Notes: generated from the sequence alone by a model not told the origin. Counted from the first letter of the stretch, positions 37,659-51,680 are shown. The stretch is DNA of 52,942 nucleotides from Octopus bimaculoides (GCF_001194135.2 NC_068990.1:28590023-28642964), one strand, 5' to 3'. Numbers and translations: made by a program.

Positions 37659-39499
37659 TGTGTGTGTGTATAAATATATATATATGCACTTATACGTGAT
37701 GTGTTTGACATTTGTTCGTGGATGTGAATGTCTCTATATCTATATGAGTGTGTGATTATGTGTATGTATCTGTGTGTTGGGTGTGTGTGGGTGCGTTTGG
37801 GTGTATGTATCTAAGCATATATATACGGATAGCAGCATATTTCAGGTGAATCATTTGAAATGATTCAGTTACGTACAATGCTATAGAGTTAGCTTCGTAC
37901 ACCAGAGCGCATTTACTAAAATGATTCTTCTTCCATAACCATAAACATCCAGTGTGTATAACAATAATATATCACAGACTAACGATTATGTGACGACAGT
38001 AGTATTGGTGGAAAGCTTATATTCGTAACATTAAAGCAAGAATTTGATTTATATATCCCGACATATCTGATGTATTTTTCTTTTATTCCTCGCGACAAAC
38101 GGATATGTAAAATGTAATATTAATGATTACCATCGTAAATCTTACTAAATTTCACTAAGACCTAATGTATAGAAAATTTCATACTCTTCCAGTTTGATAT
38201 CGTTTTTGTATAAAGATTTCTTTGTTATATGCATAGATTCTTCGTTGCATTTTGTCACATTTCAAAAGAGAATATCTAAGATATTATTTCCAAGCCAAAG
38301 TTCAGACTGTTTTGTTTTTTTTCTCTAAAATTGTAATCCAATTCTTCATAAAGATACAATAAGAATCGGCGATATATTTTTTTTTTTACACCATTAAACA
38401 TGGTTAAGCAGACGACAAGAGAGTTTCATTAGCATAACGCTCAACGGATACACATACGTAGATGCGCAACGATTCGCGAACTCACAAACAAAACAACAAA
38501 CACACACATACGCAGACATTTCCACAAAGACAGTTGTGTGCGTGTGTGTGTGTGTGTCTGTTCGTGTGCAAGTAACCGTATTTGTGCCTGCTGATATATA
38601 TATATATATATATATATATANNNNNNNNNNNNNNNNNNNNNNNNNNNNNNNNNNNNNNNNNNNNNNNNNNNNNNNNNNNNNNNNNNNNNNNNNNNNNNNN
38701 NNNNNNNNNNNNNNNNNNNNNNNNNNNNNNNNNNNNNNNNNNNNNNNNNNNNNNNNNNNNNNNNNNNNNNNNNNNNNNNNNNNNNNNNNNNNNNNNNNNN
38801 NNNNNNNNNNNNNNNNNNNNNNNNNNNNNNNNNNNNNNNNNNNNNNNNNNNNNNNNNNNNNNNNNNNNNNNNNNNNNNNNNNNNNNNNNNNNNNNNNNNN
38901 NNNNNNNNNNNNNNNNNNNNNNNNNNNNNNNNNNNNNNNNNNNNNNNNNNNNNNNNNNNNNNNNNNNNNNNNNNNNNNNNNNNNNNNNNNNNNNNNNNNN
39001 NNNNNNNNNNNNNNNNNNNNNNNNNNNNNNNNNNNNNNNNNNNNNNNNNNNNNNNNNNNNNNNNNNNNNNNNNNNNNNNNNNNNNNNNNNNNNNNNNNNN
39101 NNNNNNNNNNNNNNNNNNNNNNNNNNNNNNNNNNNNNNNNNNNNNNNNNNNNNNNNNNNNNNNNNNNNNNNNNNNNNNNNNNNNNNNNNNNNNNNNNNNN
39201 NNNNNNNNNNNNNNNNNNNNNNNNNNNNNNNNNNNNNNNNNNNNNNNNNNNNNNNNNNNNNNNNNNNNNNNNNNNNNNNNNNNNNNNNNNNNNNNNNNNN
39301 NNNNNNNNNNNNNNNNNNNNNNNNNNNNNNNNNNNNNNNNNNNNNNNNNNNNNNNNNNNNNNNNNNNNNNNNNNNNNNNNNNNNNNNNNNNNNNNNNNNN
39401 NNNNNNNNNNNNNNNNNNNNNNNNNNNNNNNNNNNNNNNNNNNNNNNNNNNNNNNNNNNNNNNNNNNNNNNNNNNNNNNNNNNNNNNNNNNNNNNNNNN

Positions 39500-39531
<32 letters not shown>

Positions 39532-40149
39532 GATATAGTATATGCGGAATTGATATATATACTTGATATATCTGTAAATTACTAAAAGGATTACGGAATT
39601 TAATTTAACAAGCTAAACATCAAATTTCCACGCCAAAATTATCACAACTATGTTCCTTATCACAACTAGAGATATGACTCGTGAGCGTATACCAATATTT
39701 TAATGCAGCTTCGGCTATTTCGACGTTGTGAGTCAGTAATTTTGTTAGCTCTTAAGCATTGTTGCTGTTTGGTGCTTAAGACATGCACGTATTTGGTATG
39801 TAGCCAAGTACTGTATAATATATTCTATTGATCCAATTTTTATCATGCATATCTACTTCATTGTAGTACAGGTTTGTCTGTTTCTCTATAAATAACCGAA
39901 ATAGAAAACCACCGGGGCCTGCAGAAACGGTTTGTAATACATGATATAAACACACACACATATTAAGCTTCTGGAAGGGTTGAAAGACGGGACATTTACA
40001 AAGCAGCACAGAAATCGAGGTGTAGGCACATATAGACCCTCGAGGTACAGTCTCCAGTATGATAGACATTCTTCATGTGTAGATAGGCCAGGCGTTGAAA
40101 ACAGGGTTGATACAGAAGCAATAGTAACTGGTAACTAACGACTTCATAA

Positions 40150-40344
40150 AATTTTCTGTCTTCTAATTTGGATGATGTTTTAATCTTCACTAAACCCACG
40201 CAACGGTTTTATTGTTGTGTAACCTGGGTTTTCTACCGAAGAATTTCGATGTTACTTAAGATTATTACCCGACAGTGGAGACAGCCTGAAGCCCTCTAAT
40301 CAAGTTGAGTGCTACATTGGAAATACTCGAACTTCCCAGGACCT

Positions 40345-40345
<1 letters not shown>
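40150..40345. repeat. Left arm of ~190-bp inverted repeat (partner 41460-41670)
   Basis: cttcactaaacccacgcaacggttttattgttgtgtaacctgggttttctaccgaagaatttcgat matches the reverse complement of 41560-41635. Confidence 0.85.
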
Positions 40346-40377
<32 letters not shown>

Positions 40378-41128
40378 CTTGATAATACTAAAACTCTAGC
40401 GATGCTTGTGTGTAACTGATGTATCTCAGAAATAGTATATTTCATCTTATTTTGGGCATATTCATTTTCATACTTACCTTCGGAAGTTCAGTACAATTTT
40501 ATGCGACATTTGGACCTCTTTTTAAACGAACAAACATAATTCTTATTTCTTGACGAGAAAAATACTTGCCGTCCGTGACGTCAACATACATACACATACA
40601 GAATAAACAAATATATATAATGAATGTTATGGCTGTCAATCAACACAAATACACGTCCGCTATCTGTGACATATACGCGCACATAGTCTTCGTGCACTCT
40701 GTGAAACAAAAACCGCCGACTTTTTGACGTACACAATATTTTAATCATTTAGAAATATTTTAAACTGAATATATTATTTCATTATACGGAGTTCGTTAAT
40801 TTCCGTAAATTATGTCTTTCTTATATTTTAAAGTGAAAGAGAGGAGAAAGTGAAAGATGTATGTACGTGTATATGAAATGGACGTGTGTGAAAGAGAGAG
40901 CGAAGGGGGATGAGAGAGAGGAATAGATACAGAGAATAAAAGAGAGAAAGAGTGAAGGGGTATGTCGTCATGTATGCGTACAGACATAATACATATGCGT
41001 ACATATTTTTTGTATGTACGTGTCTGAGAGAGAGTGTGTGTGTGAGAGTGAGTGAATGTGTGTGTTCTCATGTAAGTGGCACACACACATACACACAGTC
41101 TCTTTCTTTCTTTCTCTCTCTCTCTCTC

Positions 41129-41161
<33 letters not shown>

Positions 41162-41459
41162 TTCTCTCTCTCTCACGCATACACGTCCATTTCATATACA
41201 CGTTAATACATCTTTCACTTTCTTCTCTCTTTCATTTTAAAACAGTAGTAACAGGTGATTTTCAGGATTAAAAATTGTTAAGAAAAAGCTTCTACTTATA
41301 TAAATTGATTACTATCGTTTGGATAATTCCAGTTACATAAGTCCAGAAATTAGGCTACATACATGCATAAGTACCGTGAATTCCCATTCTACAAAATGGC
41401 AAACAATTCCGTGAATACTTTACCGTGCAACGCTGGGTAGAAAGTCGAATATATATACA

Positions 41460-41670
41460 TAACGTCCTGGAATGTTAGAGAGGCCAGGTATTTCCGGTAT
41501 AGCACTCGACTTTAACTGAGAGCTTTCGGCCGTCTACACTGTCGGGTTATACTCTTAAGGAAGATCGAAATTCTTCGGGTGTAGAAAACCCAGGTTTCAC
41601 AACAGTAAAACCGTTGTGTAGGTTTAGTGAAGAGAAACATATCATCCAAATACGTAAAACATAATCCTTT
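41460..41670. repeat. Right arm of inverted repeat (partner 40150-40345)
   Basis: See left arm; similarity extends over ~190 nt with indels. Confidence 0.85.
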
Positions 41671-41844
41671 GATGTACCATTTGCGCGTCTATATATCTGC
41701 GTTCGTGTCTGTGAATGTTTGTGTGGATATCTGTGAATGGACGGGTTTATATATATACATATATATATATATATAAATCCAGACACACACACACACACAC
41801 ACACATGTATATATATACATATATGTGTGTGCGCGTATGTATCG

Positions 41845-41875
<31 letters not shown>

Positions 41876-43298
41876 TGTAGGCGTGTGTGTAGCCTATCAT
41901 TGCCTGGCTAATATGGTTAAACTACAAGACGGGTAAACGAAACTTTATCCAAATTTTCTCGCCAAGTATTACGTTTTTACTGATATTCATAACTGTTGGT
42001 TACATCCTACTTGTTAATTAAACATCTTCGTAAATAATTTGATTATTTGCATTTTGTGAGAACAACGCGTTTGGAATTCTTTCCTAATACCAAAAAAGGA
42101 TTGCTAATGTAAAACTACTAATTTTTTTTTCAACCGCGTAAACTAGAATAAGCAAGTTTGTGAATTTTATGCGGGTTGCAGCTCAATCGTTATGGTAAGT
42201 TTTTGAGTGTTTCCAGTATACACATTTCCCTTTATATCTTTTGATAGCTCTGCTTTTGCAAAAGTATTGTCGATGTGCAAGAGTTGAAAAGCTCATAGAT
42301 GTGATAGAATCTTGAAGTGAAAGCTGGTCACAAACATCCCTTTCATGGGAATGGTGCAGTATACTGTTCTTTTGACATACTCAATGTCTAAGTTTTATGA
42401 AGAAAAAGGGAAATTAGATTGTGAGAGTTTCATGCCTTCCAGAGGTCTATTAACGGACATAAAGATGTAAGTAAAATGAAATAGGTACAGCAGTTCATAT
42501 TGTCTTATATATCTGGAACGAAAGTATTACGAAATTGCTTTATCTTATATGTTACGACATTGTTTTAATGGCGGTCCACATTCTCACTTTGTAATCGATA
42601 AGTATTGTCATTGCTGCGGCTATTACATGGGATTTCTCAATGGGAATTTAATATAAAATGATGGATGTAAAGATGGAGTTTCTTTGGAAAACCTAACCTT
42701 TCTTTTATATTTGTTAGTTTTATACAACTTCCCTTCAAACATTTTAAGCATCGTTGGTGTCTACAGAGGCATACACTGCACAAGCCAACAGTTTGAGTAT
42801 CAACATCTCTTGTTTAATTTATTTGTATGATGGATGCAGGAGAGTGTTCTTTTTTGAGAATTATTTTTTGTTTTCTTCGTTAATAATAGATTTCTTTTCA
42901 ATCAAAAATTTGTTGACATTTTACAGGGCAGAAAAGGTATATAATAACCAAATACCTAGTACCTAGAATAACTCATAGGAGTTTTTATGATGATGTAAAA
43001 GATATAAATGCAATTAAATAACTTAAGATTGCTTGAATATTTATTCTGAATAGATTCCGACAGATTCGAACGCCAATACGCTAATCGCTGATATTTTTCC
43101 CCACAGAAGAACGACTTCTACTTTATGACAAATGTGTACTCATAAGACACTCGACTCATTAACGCAAGGGATACGGAAGCTGGTGTTTTGAAAGCTTTAA
43201 TGTCGAAAATAACATCAGAAACAATCTGAGTAGGTATTAAAGCCACACTCAGCGGGCATTGGACTTTAAAAGCATTCTACAAAATATACTGCATACAA

Positions 43299-43365
<67 letters not shown>

Positions 43366-43494
43366 TGTTAGAGGATACTTATGAAGGAAGGACAACAAGC
43401 AGTGTCTTAGAAAGTGCATATTAACCTGAAAAAGATGTGTGGCAAGAAAAAAAAATTCATTATATTTTAAAGTATGGACTTATACACGCAGATA

Positions 43495-43605
43495 CGGTTG
43501 GATGTGTAGCTAATAAGCTCGCATTGCAACCAAGTGGTTCGGAGTTCAGTCTTACAGTATGCCAACCTTGAGGAAATGCTTTTGTTGTAATTCTTTGCCG
43601 ACCAG
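43495..43605 (+). mobile_element. Degenerate family A SINE head
   Basis: aataagctcgcattgcaaccaagtggttcggagttcagtctta...aaatgcttttgttgtaattct. Confidence 0.6.
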
Positions 43606-45770
43606 TGTGTGTGTGTGTGTGTACTTGCATGTATATTTTTTTCTTAGTTATAGAAACGACTTCGCTCAATATTTCCTAACATGTTGCCAGGAAGATTGGA
43701 GAAACTTGTCTAAACATTCTGATAGGAATCTGCTAAAATCAATCGTTCTCTTTCATTGCCATTCCGATATCTATAAACAGAAATAACTTAATTAGATATT
43801 TATCTTGGTTTGCACAACTAAATTAGCGATCATTAACTCAGTAAATTATCATTGTTTTATAAATGTTGTTAAAGTAATTGACAGGAAAAAAAAAACTATC
43901 GTAGCTACCTTATGAAATGAATATTATTGATGTAACGCCACATTATTAAAACTTGCAATAAAAACAATGCTGTTTTATTGAGTCATGATTGCTAATATCA
44001 TATCACGTTATTGCTTGATACCTTCATATAGAGCTAATTAATGATATATATGTTAAGTTGAACGTCAAAATATGTTGGCTGTAAACAACGTAGACTATAT
44101 GTTCAATTATTACAATAATTATCTAGTTGACACCCGGTATTTGACGATCTTATGTGTATAAGTGTTGCATATCTAATCATCAGCGGTGTATCATTCAGAC
44201 ATTTAATGTATGAGGTGGTATCAAAATGTAACCATGCTGGAACTTTATTTTCCCCATAAAAGAATTTGACTGGATGTGATACAAGGAGGAGACATGTAGC
44301 TAAAGTTTGACAAATTTGAAACTGAATGTAACTGCACTAGCTGTATCGCACCAGACACATGGTTCCCCTTAAACAGTTTTATTCTTTTCCTTTATAATAC
44401 AATCATCAATTACTTTGGCATCGGTAGGTCTGATCAATGGTTCATTTGGGGAAAATGAAAATCAGTGTAAAAGAAAGCGCAAGTTTCCAGAAGTTAATCT
44501 GTCTGCATAAGATAGAGTTAATGTTAGAATTTTATTCACACTAATGGCAAAACTAAACCCACAATAAAGGATTTGTAAACAACAGCATATTTAGTCCAAA
44601 TGGCACTAACAGGGCAACGAGTCTACGATATAGTGTGTGTGACATATAATATAAGGTGGGGTCCTAGGGTATTTTGTGTCAGGTGGGGTTGTGTCGGGGA
44701 TTTTTACACAGGTAGGCGATGGACCATTTTTTCGCTGATAGGTGGGCGATATTGCAATTTGGCGCAAAAGTTTGTGAAACACAGCACTAGATTCTTCAAA
44801 ACAGTCCTCCAGTAAGGCTGCAATCTATAGAATAAGACGATAAGAATTTTTGAGAATAATGATTTAAATTCTAAATTTCAAACAATTCAAAACTAGTTGT
44901 ACAACAAAAGAGAATAAGAATATATTTTTTGAACCATTAAAATAAATTTATCAATTTTTAAAGCAACAACATTGAAAATATCATTTTCTAGGTTTCTTAG
45001 AATATAGCATTTCAATTAAACGTAATTTTAAAACTAAAATGTTGAGATTGCTGTGTATATGGGAGGAAAAGAAAGTATGTTACGATTTCTTTAGGTATTA
45101 AGTTAAATAAAGTGTCGACTGTGTTAGAATTAGTTTAACAAGTTTAGATATTTTGGAAACTGAATCTTACTTTATATTTCGGGAAGTTTAACTATTATTT
45201 CTCGTAGAGTAGAATTTGACGAAGTGTTGATATGTGTGGGTGTGGGGGTCTGGTTGTATATGCTTGTGCGTGTGTATACCTGTAATGTTTGTTTTTACAC
45301 CCAGCTAAAAACAATAATAAAACAATAAAACAATTTAACATTAAACTGAGGAATTACTAAATACTTTCCGTAGAATGCAAATTGTATGGATCATATTTCT
45401 TATATTCTTACTTGTTATATATANNNNNNNNNNNNNNNNNNNNNNNNNNNNNNNNNNNNNNNNNNNNNNNNNNNNNNNNNNNNNNNNNNNNNNNNNNNNN
45501 NNNNNNNNNNNNNNNNNNNNNNNNNNNNNNNNNNNNNNNNNNNNNNNNNNNNNNNNNNNNNNNNNNNNNNNNNNNNNNNNNNNNNNNNNNNNNNNNNNNN
45601 NNNNNNNNNNNNNNNNNNNNNNNNNNNNNNNNNNNNNNNNNNNNNNNNNNNNNNNNNNNNNNNNNNNNNNNNNNNNNNNNNNNNNNNNNNNNNNNNNNNN
45701 NNNNNNNNNNNNNNNNNNNNNNNNNNNNNNNNNNNNNNNNNNNNNNNNNNNNNNNNNNNNNNNNNNNNNN

Positions 45771-45806
<36 letters not shown>

Positions 45807-46827
45807 CTTTTAAGCTAATGGAATTCAGTATGTACAAATATTTACTTATATTAAAAGGGATATATTACTTAACTAAGAAGCTGGAGGCAAAACAAAATAA
45901 TAATGAATTTGAAAGTTAGGATTCATTATTATGAAAATATTATATTTTCCTAGTTTAATGAAAAGTCAAAAACTAATATATTAATTGTGTACATCTAAGA
46001 AAAAGAAATTCCCAATATTAGTTTACGAAAGTTAAGCATATATGTATATCATGTTTATGGAATAATGCTAGAGATATGAAATAGCTGGAGATAGAAGTTG
46101 TTATATACGAAGAAAAGCCAAAAGCATAATTATTCGTAAGGAAAAAATGCCGTGCTATAGATAGATATTTCAAGAGTTTAGAAACAGTTAACTTTAAGAA
46201 TTTAGTATTAATGGATAGGAATGTATGCCAGACGTATAGTCTTTAAAATGTATCATGTGTGACATGAAATTTCTCTGTTGAATAGAAAATTGAATAGAAA
46301 GCCAGAAACTATAGAGTTGGTGCTATTTGCTACTGAGGGAAATAGTCTCTTCGACTTAAAGGTGTAATATGTTATCTCCAGTCTATTGCTATGTAAATAA
46401 ATAAGCTGAGCGTAGAGGCGGGTAGTGGAGAAGTAAACTAGTAAAGAGACGGAAGGATGTATGAGAATAAGTTATCAGAAATTCATAAATTAAAGTATAA
46501 GATAACGATTTCACACAAGCTGGTACACACGTGCGCAAGCACACACATAAATACATACACACACACACACATAAATACACACACACACATGCTACATATG
46601 GATGTATGTTTGTTTTTATACTCAGTTATAAAAGCAATCTTACATTAACCGGATGGGTTACTCTATAATTTTGTAGATTACAAATTTATTATTCTTTAAC
46701 GAAAATATCATTAGCAGTGACTTCGGAGTTTCGGTCAGTGAAACCAACGTTGGAATGCAATCCATCGACGGCTTTACTATCCGAAATTTCGAAGTGACTG
46801 TCAATAATGTTCGCTATTAATATATAT

Positions 46828-47220
46828 GCGTGGCTTTGTGGTAAGAAGCTTGCTTCCCAACCACATGATTCGGGGTTCAGTCCCACTGCGTTGCACCTTG
46901 GGTAAGTGTCTTCTGCTATAGCCTCGAGCGGATCAAAGCCTTGCGAGTAGATTTAGTAGACGAAAACTGTCGTATATATGTGCGTGTTTGTGTATTTATG
47001 TGTGTCTCTTTGTATCTGTGTTTGCCCTCTACCATCACCGCTTAGCAACCGGTGTTGGTGAGTTTACGTCCCCGTAACTTAAAGGTTCGCAAATAAGAGA
47101 CCGATAGAATAACTACCATGCTTCAAAACAAAACAAGTTCTGGGGTCGATTTGTTCGATTAAAAACCCTTCAAGATGGTGCTCCTTTATGACCGAACTCA
47201 AATGACTGAAACAAATTAAA

Positions 47221-47223
<3 letters not shown>
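46828..47223 (+). mobile_element. Near full-length family A SINE
   Basis: gcgtggctttgtggtaagaagcttgcttcccaaccacatgattcggggttcagtccc...gactgaaacaaattaaag. Confidence 0.93.
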
Positions 47224-47273
<50 letters not shown>

Positions 47274-47361
47274 ATATATGCATATATAGATACATATACA
47301 TACAATATATATTTAATGTATGTACATACACGTTCATATACGTACATTTGTGTGTGTGTGT

Positions 47362-47403
<42 letters not shown>

Positions 47404-47429
47404 ATAGAAGGAGATGTAAGTTGTAAGTT

Positions 47430-47740
47430 ATTAGATAACAGCTGTAAATAAAGCAGAGCATATAGTTTTGTCTCTGTGTTCCATTAACGAAATCCCCATC
47501 CGTATGAACGCAGGCACGTTAACAATCACACCTCCACACAACCGTTTTATGTGTTTCCATAATCTATTTCCATAATCTGGTCTCTAACTTGAGATAAGAA
47601 CTTCGTTGATAAATCCTTCATAGAAATAAAGTATATTTTCCAACCTGTGCCGTTTGACACCCATTCCATCCAGTCCAAATTCTTCTTCGATTTAACTTCG
47701 AATTCTATATTTTCAGGCTTCACCGGCTGTACGTTTCTTT
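47430..47740 (-). pseudogene. Possible remnant of a Polinton/Maverick-type polymerase N-terminal region
   Basis: Minus frame ...EVKSKKNLDWMEWVSNGTGWKIYFISMKDLSTKFLSQVRDQIMEI, then VNVPAFIRMGISLMEHRDKTICSALFTAVI; recalls the GSGW...LP...N.D..CF motif set. By eye only. Confidence 0.3.
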
Positions 47741-48009
47741 ACTAGTTCTTTTCTTATAATTGTTCTCTCTTCATTATTATTGTGTAAGAGTATTTTTTAT
47801 ACAATATTTTCAGGCCGAAACATTTCATCTAAAACTTTAAGCTATAAAAAAAAATTATTTAATGCAAGAGAAACAATATGTAATCTTGATCTCCAACTTA
47901 ATCTGGATATCGTTTTAGAACAAATAATACTGCGTGATTTACCCGCAGAAGATCTTTCATAAGGATTTGTGGTGCATAAAAACACATGTAATTATAACGT
48001 TGACGCACG

Positions 48010-48270
48010 ATAGTCGTCTGCTACGGCAACTGGAACTCCCAGATCACGTGATTTAACCCTTCAAAATGGGTATTCTCCCAAGATTCTATATATCGCCGAC
48101 GGGAGATTCGGCTATTACGGCGCTGCTGGACATCTCTCACTGACTAACCCACAAGTTGGAATCCTTCTGGCTGCGTAAACGACGGCTCTCGTCCGTCAAC
48201 GATGTAAGTTGTGCTTTTATGCACCACAAGTCCTCCTGAGAGATCCTCTTAAGGCAAGCCGCAGTATTTT
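48010..48270 (-). mobile_element. Possible decayed RTE-like LINE 3' fragment
   Basis: GC-richer block; minus translation RLKRISQEDLWCIK...RRLRS loosely resembles RTE C-terminal motifs. Confidence 0.3.
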
Positions 48271-48299
48271 GTGTTCTAACACAACCGTCATGTTAAGCT

Positions 48300-48620
48300 G
48301 AAGATCAAGATTACGTTAATTTATTCATATTGATTCTGTACTTCTTTTTCTACGCTTCATAAACACTCCAAATTTCATCTCACAAAGTCTCATCTCCAGA
48401 ATGTTAAACTATATGTCAATAGCCATCAGGTGAATATCCATCCTTTTAAATATTTTAAAATTCTCTTTGCCAATGTATAATAGGATTATTTCATTTTACA
48501 TATATTATAAAAGTAATCCGAAATAGCTTTTCTTACAAACGTCACAAGATACAAATTTGTATCTTTTTCCCTACAAATTTAAATAATCACATTCCTGTAA
48601 TAAAAGAAAATATTCTCCTG
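48300..48620 (-). mobile_element. Possible decayed PLE GIY-YIG endonuclease remnant
   Basis: Minus strand RYKFVSCDVCKKSYFG (cf. Y.I.C..C...YIG), YIGKENFKIFKRMDIH, KRRKRSTESI..RNLD; many stops. Confidence 0.33.
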
Positions 48621-48831
48621 CAGTGAATTCCATTAATATAAATATTCCTTTTACATCAATATATTTTCACTTTTAGTAAATTTCTTTGACACATCCAATA
48701 CATCCATGGATTAACTTAACAATTTAGATTTGAAAATATTTCCTCTTAATTACATCTCTTAAACTAAATTTTCTCGTGTAATTTATACTCTGATAATCTG
48801 CATATCATCCATCTCCTTCAATTGTGATATA

Positions 48832-49185
48832 ATCGGTTTCGAATTTTGGTACAAGACCACAAAGTTCGGGGTGGAGGGCTAAGTCGATTAGATCAGCCTC
48901 AGTGTGTAACTGGTACTTATTTTTGTCACCCCCGAAAGGATGAAAGAGAAAACAGACCTCGGCGGAATTTGGACTTGGAACGTAAAAGACGGATGAAAAT
49001 CCGATAATGAATTTTGCGGCATTTCATCCATTTTTCACGTTCCGAGTTCAAATTCCAAGTGGCCACCTTTGCCTTTCATCCTCTCAGGTTTTCTAAAATG
49101 AGAACCAGTTGATCACGGGAATCAATGTAATCTACTTATCCTGAGTCCAAAATTGCTGGCGCTCTATCAGCATTTGAGACCAATA
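48832..49185. mobile_element. Head-to-head inverted pair of family B SINEs
   Basis: 48832-49000 minus and 49021-49185 plus, separated by ~20 nt. Confidence 0.85.
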
Positions 49186-49351
49186 CTGAAGTCAAATTAA
49201 CTACATTCAAATACAAATCCTTTGAAGCTACATTTTTCATTCGAACTGCTTCCATATAATTTATGCATGTATATGTGGTGTGATGTGTGTGTGGGTGGGT
49301 GTTTTCAATAGACACTGTGTATAATTAAGATTATGATGTTATAATTTTAAA

Positions 49352-49615
49352 CTGTGGAGGCGCAATGGTCCAGTGGTTAAGGCAGCAGACTCGCGGTCGG
49401 ACGATCGCGGTGTGTGTTTATTAAGCGAAAACACCAAAAGATCGACGTGGTTCCGGCAGGGGGTGGTGGATACTCCTGTTGTACTCTTTCGCTCCAATTT
49501 TTTCTCACTCTTTCTTCGCTGCGATGGACTGGCGTCCCGTCCAGCTGTGGGGAACACATACGCCATAGAAACCGGGAAACCGGGCCCATGAACCTGGCTA
49601 GATGAAAAGGGTGCA
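49352..49615 (+). mobile_element. tRNA-derived SINE with Meta/V-like central domain
   Basis: Head ggaggcgcaatggtccagtggttaaggcagcagactcgcgg; core ctgcgatggactggcgtcccgtccag...gccatagaaaccggg resembles the conserved MetaSINE/V-SINE domain (from memory). Confidence 0.7.
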
Positions 49616-51204
49616 TAAATTTTTTTTTAAATAACTTTAAAATACTATAATTTTCACTTATTCCAAAACACTGTCGTCTGCTTGTAAGTAATTCTTCTAT
49701 TAACAGGACCACAGGACCATACGTATATTACCCCCTGTTACGTCGATATTTCGCTTGCAGCCCCCATATAACTCCGCCGAAAATAAGGAATGAGCACAAA
49801 CATACAATTAAATTATTCATGAATTGAACAAAGTTGATTGGAAAGATAAATTTAGAAGAGAGGAAAACGATTAAATTATAAAAAATATCAATAACACGAA
49901 TTTAATCGTATTAAATGTAGAACGGGATCAAACATTAGGTCAGAATTCAATATACATATGCTTCAAATAAACAAATATGCTTACAATAAACAAATTAGAA
50001 ATGAAAATGACAAGGGAATAAGTCATTAGGTCATGAACTTTATCAGCTTACAGTTGTTTCTGCTATAGGGAGCAATGCATGCATAGTTTAAGGGTTATGT
50101 GATACCCTATAGCTTCAGCAGAGCTTTAATCATGAAGTGCAACTTTTAAAATTGCACTTCATATTTGAATTTCCGGTTATAGTATAGCATAATAAAGGTA
50201 ATACACCTGCACATAAACGGCGCTTGTGTATTACTTCTTTATATACAGGCACACAATACACACACACACACGCACACACATGCATATACACATACATACG
50301 TACGTGCGTACATACATAAAAACATACACACAAACATACCTACCTAACTACCTACACACACACACACATATATATATATAACAAATGAAAGACAGAAGAT
50401 GGAATAAACGAGAATATATTATTAATCACAACAATTGTTTCGACACATCTACCATCGACTCCTCTTGTGGGACACTCAACAACTGGTTCAGGAGTATCCG
50501 GTGGTGCAGCGGTATCTCGTCGGGTGACAGATACATAAATAAACTCGTTAAAATGACTGTTCCACAATACAACTTACTATTTTGTAGAGAGAAAAACAGC
50601 CAGACGGAGGAAAATTCTTCATATATATATAGAAGATCCAAAAATAAAATTGCAGAAGAGAAAGAGAGAAACGAACACTTATATATAAAGTTGTTATGTG
50701 AAATAATATTCAGATGAAAAAATGGAATATAGTGAATATTTGAACAATGAACAATGAATTATAAACCCGTAAGGTTTAGGCTGGAAAGGAGAACAAAGGA
50801 AGTACATTGCTGATTAGCTTTGCAGAATCATTTCAAAATATGATTTGAATTATTATTTAAATGTAAACTTATAACAACGCATTATTTGTTGTTCAGAAAA
50901 TATATTGACTAAAAGTTGTTTTTAAAACGCATTTAAATTATGTGAAAGGAGACCAAATGTAAAATGTAAAATAGTGTCAGGTGACTTGTGTTTTAATGAA
51001 GTTAAAATGACTTGAATCTTAAACTAAAAGCTAATTAGGCTGAACGCCCCAAGCCATACAAACTTATTAGATTGGAAGGTAATGGCAGATATAAAGGTTT
51101 ATAAAGGAAAAAATATATATATTAATATGAAGGAGTGCGTTTCATGTGTTCTCTGTTGATCTGAAGATATTTTCACCGAGGGCCACATCACTCTGCATCT
51201 AACG

Positions 51205-51223
51205 TAGCAGCAGCAGCAACGTC

Positions 51224-51267
<44 letters not shown>

Positions 51268-51344
51268 CAGCAGCAGCTGCACTGCAGGAGTAATAGTAGC
51301 AGTAGTATTAGAGGTAGTGGCAGCAGCAGCAGCAGCAGCAGTAC

Positions 51345-51405
<61 letters not shown>

Positions 51406-51550
51406 TGTTGTTGTTGTAGTACTNNNNNNNNNNNNNNNNNNNNNNNNNNNNNNNNNNNNNNNNNNNNNNNNNNNNNNNNNNNNNNNNNNNNNNNNNNNNN
51501 GTAGTAGTTATAGTAGCAGTAGTAGTAGTAGCAGCAGAAGCAGCAGCAGC

Positions 51551-51604
<54 letters not shown>

Positions 51605-51680
51605 TGTTGTTGTTGTAGTACTGGTGGTAGTGGTGGTGGTAGTGATAGTATTTGAGGTGGTGATGGTAGTGGTGGTGTAC
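51205..51680. repeat. (AGT)n/(AGC)n/(GTT)n/(GGT)n microsatellite with small gap
   Basis: Directly visible. Confidence 0.97.

Noticed and set aside
42393-42824. Two further exon candidates (42393-42466 with GTAAGT; 42749-42824 with GTATGA)
   Set aside because: Good splice signals but ambiguous frames and only marginal similarity; cannot be supported without RNA data.
47900-48830. Decayed C2H2 zinc-finger array on the minus strand
   Set aside because: CxxC motifs lack properly spaced His pairs and HTGEK linkers; a GIY-YIG remnant fits slightly better.
50440-50540. GC-richer island open in several frames on both strands
   Set aside because: No convincing splice sites or recognisable motif.
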